In this document: one piece after another, positions 18,684-26,132 of the stretch
Layout: every line of letters starts with the position of its first letter
Numbering within the stretch: the first letter of the stretch is position 1
Source of the DNA: Pirellulales bacterium
Lineage (GTDB): Bacteria > Planctomycetota > Planctomycetia > Pirellulales > JAICIG01
Assembly (NCBI GenBank): GCA_035532215.1
Contig: DATKRK010000278.1
Coordinates: 2,563-66,562 of the forward strand
Length of the DNA: 64,000 bases
Direction of reading: 5' to 3'
Made by a program: the position numbers and the translations under genes
The notes under the pieces: generated by a model
Seen by the model: only the letters and a program-made list of their open reading frames with translations
What the model was told of the DNA's origin: nothing
Databases searched by the model: none

Positions 18684-19826
18684 GTGAAACTCGCTCGCTC
18701 CGCATCTCGACGGGCATTTACCCTGGTCGAGCTGCTAGTCGTCATCGCCATCATCGGAATTTTGATCGCCTTGTTGTTGCCCGCCGTGCAAGCCGCCCGC
18801 GAAGCGGCCCGGCGGATGTCGTGTACGAACAACCTCAAGCAGTACGGCTTGGGCATCCAGAATTACATCTCCACCTACGGCGTGTTTCCGATCGCAAACC
18901 AATGGGTAAATAACAGTCTCCCAGCGATATCAGCGCCGGCGCTCGGCTGGATGCCTCGTATTTTGCCCTTTACCGAGCAGGAGCAAGTCTACAATCAGCT
19001 CGATTTCATCAATATCGCGGCCAAGACGACCGGATGGGCCTACGGACCCACTCCGATCTACGTCGATTTGGAATTCATCAACATTGGGGCGGGCGGGGCG
19101 GGGGGCGTCCAAGGGTCGCAGATTTTTCAAGCGAGGGCCTGGGGGCCTCCCTACGCTCGCTGTCCCTCCGATAACAGCAGAACCACGCGGGGTTTGCTCA
19201 CCTGGGGCAACCACGACGACGTTTTCGAGCCAAGTTACGGCGGCAGCCTAGGGTCGCAGGCAACTCCTTCTGCCAACTCCGCTTGTCAACCCTGGTTGCC
19301 CTTCGCGCTGAAGTCCACCGGCCACGGCAACACGTACTATCCGGATCAAGTCTCGGGGATCTTCGGGCGGGTGATTGCGATCTCGCCGACCAAACTTTCG
19401 TACGTCACGGATGGCACTTCGAACACGATCATGGTCGGCGAGACGCTGTGGCAGTGCCACGACCACTTTGGAAGCTATCCTGCCTGGGATTACAACGGCG
19501 GCGGCGACGCCCATCTTTCAACCGTGGTTCCGATGAACGACATGACCACCTGCCACCAACCGGGCGTAGTCGACGCCAGCATCGCTGGACTTGCGGGCGC
19601 CCAGAGGGATCCGCAGGCTTCCAACCCCGCCTGCTTTCAATGGAACAACTGGAACTACTCTTGGGGTTTCCGCTCGAAGCACCCCGGCGGCTGCAATTTC
19701 TTGATGGCCGACGGCAGCACCCGTTTCCTCGCGCAAACCATTAATCACGTGATGTACCAGCGGTTGGGCGACAAGGCCGACGGGTTTTCGCTTGGCGATA
19801 TTCAACTCGGACAAGGCGGGAACTGA
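18684..19826 (+). CDS. DUF1559 protein with prepilin-type N-terminal cleavage/methylation domain
   Basis: RRAFTLVELLVVIAIIGILIALLLPAVQAAREAARRMSCTNNLKQ and the C-terminal H-X9-DG motif (HPGGCNFLMADGSTRFL). GGAGG lies 8 nt before the GTG. Confidence 0.9.
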   Translation: MKLARSASRRAFTLVELLVVIAIIGILIALLLPAVQAAREAARRMSCTNNLKQYGLGIQNYISTYGVFPIANQWVNNSLPAISAPALGWMPRILPFTEQEQVYNQLDFINIAAKTTGWAYGPTPIYVDLEFINIGAGGAGGVQGSQIFQARAWGPPYARCPSDNSRTTRGLLTWGNHDDVFEPSYGGSLGSQATPSANSACQPWLPFALKSTGHGNTYYPDQVSGIFGRVIAISPTKLSYVTDGTSNTIMVGETLWQCHDHFGSYPAWDYNGGGDAHLSTVVPMNDMTTCHQPGVVDASIAGLAGAQRDPQASNPACFQWNNWNYSWGFRSKHPGGCNFLMADGSTRFLAQTINHVMYQRLGDKADGFSLGDIQLGQGGN

Positions 19827-19961
19827 TGTATTCAAGAGCGCCAACCGCCCGGTTGTTGCAGGGATTCGGGCGGGCAAGTGCAAAGAGTATACTTCTATGC
19901 CCGTCGCGTTCGGTCATTGTTCGAACGCCGCCCCCTTATCTGGTGTGAAAAGGAGCCTCTG

Positions 19962-20477
19962 ATGTTGGATGTTGGCTGGCGTTTGACTCTAACTGGTCTG
20001 TTGGCGGCAGTTTCCGTCGGGTGCGGGGGAGATCCCAAACTGTACCAGGTTTCGGGAAGCGTGACCTACGAGGACAAGCCGGTTGAGGGGGCGACGGTGA
20101 TGTTCATCCCTCCAGGGGGCGCCCCGAGCATGGGAACCACCGATGCATCGGGCAAATACACGCTCACCACTCGCGGCCAGACCGGCGCGCCGCCTGGAAC
20201 TTACACCGTGACGATTGCCAAGATCGAGGGGGGCGCGGCAACCGAGACGGCCACGGCCGAAGTCCCGGCGCCAGCCGGCGAACAACCTAGCCCCGAGGAA
20301 ATCCAGAAGTTCATGCAGCAGCAACAGGACTTGGCATCCCAGATGCAGGCTGCCGCGAAAGAGCCGCCAAAAAATCTCTTGCCGGCCAAGTACGCGGTTC
20401 CCGATGGCAGCCCTTTGAGCGAGGTCGTCACCGAAGACGCTTCGAAAAACGTGTTCGACTTTGCGCTTACACCCTAA
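19962..20477 (+). CDS. Lipoprotein with carboxypeptidase-regulatory-like beta-sandwich domain (usual DUF1559 partner)
   Basis: AAGGAG lies 7 nt before ATG 19962. Signal plus lipobox LLAAVSVGCGG, then VSGSVTYEDKPVEGATVMFIP...TDASGKYTL. Confidence 0.7.
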   Translation: MLDVGWRLTLTGLLAAVSVGCGGDPKLYQVSGSVTYEDKPVEGATVMFIPPGGAPSMGTTDASGKYTLTTRGQTGAPPGTYTVTIAKIEGGAATETATAEVPAPAGEQPSPEEIQKFMQQQQDLASQMQAAAKEPPKNLLPAKYAVPDGSPLSEVVTEDASKNVFDFALTP

Positions 20478-20651
20478 GCTAGATTGCACGCGGGCGCGGA
20501 CGAGACGCTTGATGCCTCGTGGGGCGGCCTTCCAGGCCGTCAATCGCTGACGGGTAAGGAAGGCCGCCCTACGGCCACAACGCATGTCTCATCCTTGGCC
20601 GCGCGCTCGACAAGCAGCGGCGCACCACCGGCGCGGACGACTCGACTGGCG

Positions 20652-21899
20652 ATGGTTTCCCCCACGCGTTCCCGATTGATCCCCGGCAGGCGAGGGTGGT
20701 TGCTGTGCGCGCTGGCCGTGCTGGCGGCGGCGCTGTGGGCGTCGTTCGGCGATTTGTCGTTATCTTACGGCTTGGCCAGCGCACGTAAAGCATTGCGCGA
20801 GCGCCGTGCGAACGAAGCCGTTTCGCTGCTCAAGCGCCACGCGGACTGCGGCGCGGCGTCGGCCGAATGGCGGTTCTTGCTGGCTCGCGCCGAGCGCCGG
20901 GCCGGAATGTTGAGCGAAGCGAAACGGCAGCTCGCCCGCGCCAAAGCGTTGGGCTGCGGCGCCAAGGACGTCCGCCGCGAGGAATTGTTGCTGGGGGCGC
21001 TCTCGGGGCGCATCAAAGAGGTCGAACCGGAACTGGTCGAGTTGCTCGCGGCCGGCGCCGGCGACGAGGCGGCCGAAGACATCTACGAAGCCATGGCGCA
21101 GGGCTATTGGACGGCGTATTACGCCAGCGACGCCCTGCGCTGCCTTGAGTTCTGGAGCGCCTGGCAGCCCGAGAACCTGGTCCCGCGGTTGTGGATCGCC
21201 GAACTGCACGAAAGGACCGCCAGGCCCGACAAGGCCATCGCCGCGTACCGGCAGGTGCTCGAGCTCGATCCCAGCCGGCGCGACGCGCAAGCCAAGCTGG
21301 GCGAGCTGTTGCTCAAAAAGCTCGAACTCGACGAGGCGGGCGAAATCTTCACCCGCTGCCTGGCCGACTCTGCCGACGAGCCGGGCGCGCTGCTGGGATT
21401 GGCCGAGTGCCGGCGGCGGCAGGGTTCCGACGACCAGGCCCGGGAACTGTTGTACGATGCGCTAACGCTTGAGCTGTCTGGGGATCAGGCGGCGCGAGCG
21501 ACGGGCATGCTCGGGGCGCTGGCGCTGGAGGAGCGAGATTACGCTCGCGCGGTTGGGTTGCTCGAGAAGTCGGTCTTGCTCGACGCGACCGAGCCAGACT
21601 CGCACGCGTCGTTGGCCGCGGCGCTGGCCGCGCTCGGTCAAGAGGAGTTAGCGGCCGCGGAGCGCCAAAAAGCCCGCCAGGCGAGCGACCTCCGCACGCG
21701 ATACGTTCGCACGACAATGAAGGTGCTCAACGATCCCGCCAACGCCGACTTGCGATGCGAGGCGGGGCTGATTCTGTTGGAGCAAGGCTCCTGGTCGGAG
21801 GCGGCCGAGTGGCTCGAGTCCGCGCTGGCGATCGATCCCGAACACCGCGGCGCCCAGGACGCTTTGGCGAAACTCCATAAGATGAGCGGCTCCGATTGA
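20652..21899 (+). CDS. TPR repeat protein with N-terminal membrane anchor
   Basis: Start chosen at ATG 20652 before the TM segment GWLLCALAVLAAALWASFG. TPR-like units include AIAAYRQVLELDPSRRDAQAKLG and AAEWLESALAIDPEH. Confidence 0.75.
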   Translation: MVSPTRSRLIPGRRGWLLCALAVLAAALWASFGDLSLSYGLASARKALRERRANEAVSLLKRHADCGAASAEWRFLLARAERRAGMLSEAKRQLARAKALGCGAKDVRREELLLGALSGRIKEVEPELVELLAAGAGDEAAEDIYEAMAQGYWTAYYASDALRCLEFWSAWQPENLVPRLWIAELHERTARPDKAIAAYRQVLELDPSRRDAQAKLGELLLKKLELDEAGEIFTRCLADSADEPGALLGLAECRRRQGSDDQARELLYDALTLELSGDQAARATGMLGALALEERDYARAVGLLEKSVLLDATEPDSHASLAAALAALGQEELAAAERQKARQASDLRTRYVRTTMKVLNDPANADLRCEAGLILLEQGSWSEAAEWLESALAIDPEHRGAQDALAKLHKMSGSD

Positions 21900-21908
21900 G
21901 ATGAGCCT

Positions 21909-22398
21909 CGGATGAAACCCAGCGCGCCCTACGGCCACAACCAACTGAGCCACGGATGGAACACGGATTAAACCCAGCGCGGCCTTTGGCCGCAACCAAG
22001 GGGGCAGCATCCGTCGGCGGGGGATAACGCAAAATGCAAAAGTCAAAATGGCGAAACAGCGATTCCCGACTTTGCGATTTGCACTTTGTATTTTGCGTTG
22101 TTCCGCGCGACTTGCCTGAATCCTGGCGCGAAAAACTTCGCGGCGCACAAAGAAACAGATCGTTTGTAATACGGATGGATTACGGACGAGATCCAGAATC
22201 GGAAAAATCTATGTTGGATCCGTGATCGATCCGTGTTTCATCCGTGGCCCTCCCTTCCCAATGCGCTGCATAAATCTTCGCGAGACTCGGAGAAATGAAA
22301 CATTTGTATCACGGATCGAACCCAGCGCGGCAAAGCCGCAACCCATGTCGCTTTTCGCTCCGCGAAAAGCCGTCTTTTCGCGGAGCGAAAAGCGACAT
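21909..22398. repeat. Mosaic of at least four short dispersed repeat families
   Basis: Three direct CACGGATnGAACCCAGCGCGGC-n-GCCGCAACC units (21909..21944, 21951..22000, 22307..22345). A reverse-oriented CACGGAT cluster (22216..22249). An AACGCAAAATGCAAAAGT inverted pair (22026..22056 / 22071..22099). A perfect 25-bp palindrome (22345..22398). Confidence 0.65.
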
Positions 22399-24157
22399 TA
22401 AATTTAGCGATTGCGCCGTAAAGCTCGCGGTTTGCGCGGCGCTGCTGGCCGCGGGCTGCGAGCGGCGCACGCCGATCGCGACCGAAACGTCCGCATCCGC
22501 CCGGCACGACGCGGCCGGGGCCGCGGCTCAAGCCGTCGTGCCGTTCGTGGACAAAGCCCAGACGCTGGGCATCGAATTCGGCTACCACGACGGCGCCGAG
22601 GCGCATCTCAGCACGATGCTCGAATCGCTCGGCGGGGGCGTGGGCTGGCTCGACTTCGACCGGGACGGTTGGCTCGATCTGGCGGCGACGGGCGGAGGAA
22701 GTTTTCCGTCGGAGCGGTCGATGGTGGGCCGCGCCAGCGCGCTGTTCCGCAACCTCGGGGGAAAAAAGTTCGTCTCGGCGGGCGCCAGCGCCGGCATCGA
22801 GACGCCCGAGCTGTTCACCAATGGCTTGGCGGTCGCCGATTACGACAACGACGGTTTCGAGGATTTGTTGATCACCGGCTACGGCCGGCCCCAACTGTGG
22901 CGTAACATGGGCGACGGCACGTTCCGCGAACAGGGCGCGGCCGCCGGCATTCTGGACGATCGCTGGGGCTCGAGCGCCGCTTGGGCCGATTTCAACGGCG
23001 ACGGCAACCTCGATCTTTACCTCGCGCACTACGTGAATTGGTCGTTCGACAACCATCCCGTTTGCTACAACAAACCGGGGCATCGCGACAACTGTCCGCC
23101 GCGAGACTTCGAGCCCTTGCCGGACAGCGTGTACTATAGCCTGGGCGACGGCCGTTTCACGGATGCCACGGAAAGGGCCGCGTTGCGCGACGACGGCAAA
23201 GGGCTGGGGGTGCTGCTGTGCGACGTCGATATCGACCGAGACATCGACATCTACGTGGCCAACGACACGACCGACAACTTTCTTTACCTCAATGACGGCA
23301 CAGGCAAGTTCGCGGAAGTCGGCATGGCGGCGGGCGTCGCGTGCAGCGAGCGGGGCACGCCCGACGGCAGCATGGGCGTCGACCTTTGCGACTTCAACGG
23401 CGACGGCTTGCCGGATCTCTGGGTCGCCAATTACGAGCGCGAGACGTTCGCGCTTTATCGCAACGAGGGCCACGGTCGGTTCTTACACGTCAGCCAACGA
23501 CTGGGGATTACGGACCTGGGCGGATTGTTCGTCGGCTTCGGAACGGCCTGTGAAGACTTCGATTCCGACGGCGACGAGGATATGATCGTCGCCAATGGTC
23601 ACGTCATCAAATACTCCCCGAATGCGCCTCGCAAACAGCTTCCCTTGCTGCTGCAGTACGATGGCCGGCGGTTTCAACGCGCGCCGTCCGCGCCGGGAAG
23701 TTATTTTGGCGATCCGCACGAGGGACGCGGCTTGGCCGTCGCTGATTTCGACCTGGACGGAGACCTGGACCTCGCGGTTTCCGATCTCAAGGATTCCTTG
23801 GCGCTGCTGGAAAATCGCTTTCGCGACGACAACCGTTGCCTCGCGTTGACTCTGATCGGCGTCCGTTCGAACCGCGACGCCGTAGGCGCTCTCGTCGAAC
23901 TGCGAACGAGCGCGGGGACGAGATTCCGCCAAGTGACCGGCGGCGGAAGCTATTTGTCGCACAGCGCTCGTAGCCTTTACTTTGCACTGCCAAAGGACTC
24001 CGAAGCGGGCACGCTCGTCGTCCATTGGCCGTCAGGGCTGACGCAAACGCTCGATGCGCGTTCGCTCGCCGGGCAAGTGACGCTGTTGGAACCGGTTTCG
24101 GAAGGTGAACCGTCGCCGCGGCTTTCCCTTGGGAGGAATTTCAGTGACGGCGGATAA
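22295..24157 (+). CDS. ASPIC/UnbV (CRTAC1-like) FG-GAP beta-propeller lipoprotein
   Basis: Lipobox LLAAGC. Seven FG-GAP loops, for example LDFDRDGWLDLAATG, ADYDNDGFEDLLITG, ADFNGDGNLDLYLAH, CDFNGDGLPDLWVAN and ADFDLDGDLDLAVSD. C-terminal UnbV_ASPIC block RDAVGALVELRTSAGTRFRQVTGGGSYLSHSARSLYFAL. The 5-prime end is uncertain (see findings). Confidence 0.85.
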   Translation: MKHLYHGSNPARQSRNPCRFSLREKPSFRGAKSDIKFSDCAVKLAVCAALLAAGCERRTPIATETSASARHDAAGAAAQAVVPFVDKAQTLGIEFGYHDGAEAHLSTMLESLGGGVGWLDFDRDGWLDLAATGGGSFPSERSMVGRASALFRNLGGKKFVSAGASAGIETPELFTNGLAVADYDNDGFEDLLITGYGRPQLWRNMGDGTFREQGAAAGILDDRWGSSAAWADFNGDGNLDLYLAHYVNWSFDNHPVCYNKPGHRDNCPPRDFEPLPDSVYYSLGDGRFTDATERAALRDDGKGLGVLLCDVDIDRDIDIYVANDTTDNFLYLNDGTGKFAEVGMAAGVACSERGTPDGSMGVDLCDFNGDGLPDLWVANYERETFALYRNEGHGRFLHVSQRLGITDLGGLFVGFGTACEDFDSDGDEDMIVANGHVIKYSPNAPRKQLPLLLQYDGRRFQRAPSAPGSYFGDPHEGRGLAVADFDLDGDLDLAVSDLKDSLALLENRFRDDNRCLALTLIGVRSNRDAVGALVELRTSAGTRFRQVTGGGSYLSHSARSLYFALPKDSEAGTLVVHWPSGLTQTLDARSLAGQVTLLEPVSEGEPSPRLSLGRNFSDGG

Positions 24158-25367
24158 GACTGAAAGCGAAGCCAAGACGCGGCGCCCAAGGTTTTCAGCG
24201 CATCGACGGCTGTGCTTTGGCGGAATTGCCGTCGCTGCAAGCTTGCTCGCGGCAATGGCGGCGCGTTACTACGGTTTCGGCTTCTCCCGCGACCAGTTCA
24301 AGGAAGGGCTGGCTGCGCTGGACCGCGGAGATTGGAGCCTGGCGCGCCGTTATGCTCGTGAACTGAAAGCGTCGGAGCCGTCGTCGCCGCAGGCGAGCTT
24401 TTTGCGGGGCGCCGTGCTGCTGGAGAAGGGATACGCTTATCCCGCCCTCGACGAGCTTCGCAAAGCCATACAAGCGCCGGATCTTGAAACGGCGGCGCTA
24501 ACGTTGATGGGCGAGGCCTGGTATTACCTGGGCAGGCACGTCGAGGCGCAAGCCGTGCTGGAACAGGCCGTGAAACAAGATCCGCAATCGGTAGACGCGC
24601 ATCGCTGGCTGGCCGCGTCGTATTACGATTTGGGCGCCATCGGCAAGGCCCTTCCGCATTTGGAGCGCACGGCCGAGCTCGATCCGACCGATCCGCGGCC
24701 CCACCGTCTGCTGGGGCTGATTCACAAGGACTTCGGGCGGTTCGAGGAGGCTATAGCGCTCTACGAAGAATCTCTGCGCCGCCGGAGCGACCAGCCGAAT
24801 GCGGATGAAATCAGGCAAGAGTTGGCAAGCTGCCAGGTCGAACACGCGCATTATGCCGGTGCTTTGAAGACGCTTGCCAAATGTCCCGAACTCCCGGAAT
24901 TCGACGTGCTCCGCGCGAAATGTCATTACGCTCAAACCCGGCTTGCTGCTGCCAAAGTCGCTCTTGGCCGCGCGCTCGAGCAGCAGCCCGACAACCTGGA
25001 CGGGCTGCTCCTGCACGCAACGATGCTGCTCGAGGAAGGCGAGGCTCGCGAGGCGACGGAGGCGCTCGAACGGGCAGTCGAATCGCATCCCAAAGACTAC
25101 ACGGCGCATTTCAAGCTCGCCCAGGCTTATGGTGAGGTGGGCGAGCAAGAGCTTTCTTTCGCGGAAAGCGAGACGGCTAGCAAAATCGCTGAAGTCAAAG
25201 TCGAGTTTTCAGAACTGCACAAGGCGGCTTGGGAACGGCCTAGCGACATGCAGGTCCGCTTGCGCTTGGCGACTTTGGCCCAGGAGCTCGATCGTCCGGA
25301 CCTGGCCGAGGTTTGGCTCCGCTCGGCCGCCGCACTTCAGCCCGCGCCCGAGTCGGAAGCCAAATGA
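24144..25367 (+). CDS. TPR repeat protein with N-terminal membrane anchor
   Basis: GTG 24144 is preceded by GGGAGG. It overlaps the ASPIC stop by 14 nt. TM segment CFGGIAVAASLLAAMAA, then TPR units (EAQAVLEQAVKQDPQS, ALPHLERTAELDPTDP, EAIALYEESLRR, ALERAVESHPKD). Confidence 0.75.
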   Translation: MTADKTESEAKTRRPRFSAHRRLCFGGIAVAASLLAAMAARYYGFGFSRDQFKEGLAALDRGDWSLARRYARELKASEPSSPQASFLRGAVLLEKGYAYPALDELRKAIQAPDLETAALTLMGEAWYYLGRHVEAQAVLEQAVKQDPQSVDAHRWLAASYYDLGAIGKALPHLERTAELDPTDPRPHRLLGLIHKDFGRFEEAIALYEESLRRRSDQPNADEIRQELASCQVEHAHYAGALKTLAKCPELPEFDVLRAKCHYAQTRLAAAKVALGRALEQQPDNLDGLLLHATMLLEEGEAREATEALERAVESHPKDYTAHFKLAQAYGEVGEQELSFAESETASKIAEVKVEFSELHKAAWERPSDMQVRLRLATLAQELDRPDLAEVWLRSAAALQPAPESEAK

Positions 25368-25409
25368 CGCGCGTCGAGCGCCGCGGGGCGCCCGCCACTT
25401 CCGATCGTT

Positions 25410-26132
25410 TCAGACCAACACGGTCGCCAGCACGGCCGAGAGGATGATCCCGTCGAACGTGCCGGCGCCGCCGATCGACAACATGCCGACCGAAACGCGC
25501 GTGATATCTTTGAGATGCAGCAAATCGGCGCCGATCAAGGGGCCGGACACGCCGGCGATGAAGGCCACCGGCGCCCGGTAGTCGGCAAAAGCGTCGCCGC
25601 CGAGCAACACCCAGGTCGCCAGCACCGAACTGAGCGGCGAAACGAAACCGGGCATCATGATGCCGATGCCCGTCACCGGGCGCGCGGCGAAATAGCACGC
25701 CGCAATGTTGATGCCGGCGACGAACCCCACCGCCGTCAGCGGCCAGCCGCCGGCCCGCGCGAGGCTCAGCAACTCCCACGCGGCCAGCGCCGTCGGAATC
25801 ACGCAGCCGCCGAGATTGACGGCGATGATCGTATTGGGGCGCATCCGCTTAAAACGGGGCGTAAAACCCCACAAGCCGAAGGCCCCCATCATTTCGACCG
25901 GCTGCACTTCGGTCCGCTCGATGCGAAACACGGGCACGTTCACCAGGCCGCCGACCAGAATGCCGAGCACCGCCAGAAAGGCCGCCGGCGGACTGAGATT
26001 CAGCCGCTGCATGGCGTCGTTCATCACGTCGACCAGCACGATCGGCATCAGGCACATCAGCGAGACCGCCAACACGATTCCGGCGCAACCGAGAGCCGGA
26101 ATCCATTGCGGGACCGGACGATAGCCGTTCAT
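25410..26132 (-). CDS. DUF1614 family integral membrane protein
   Basis: 240 aa, multi-TM. AVNLGGCVIPT and SIGGAGTFDGIILS resemble DUF1614 signatures. The start ATG directly follows the ftsK stop (TAGATG). Confidence 0.7.
   Translation of the reverse strand: MNGYRPVPQWIPALGCAGIVLAVSLMCLMPIVLVDVMNDAMQRLNLSPPAAFLAVLGILVGGLVNVPVFRIERTEVQPVEMMGAFGLWGFTPRFKRMRPNTIIAVNLGGCVIPTALAAWELLSLARAGGWPLTAVGFVAGINIAACYFAARPVTGIGIMMPGFVSPLSSVLATWVLLGGDAFADYRAPVAFIAGVSGPLIGADLLHLKDITRVSVGMLSIGGAGTFDGIILSAVLATVLV

Noticed and set aside
21900-22400. Repeat clusters here and at 58862..60025 and 52170..52325, considered as possible CRISPR arrays.
   Set aside because: The units are heterogeneous, palindromic, in mixed orientation and irregularly spaced, with no constant repeat/variable spacer periodicity. 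No cas genes are in the window.
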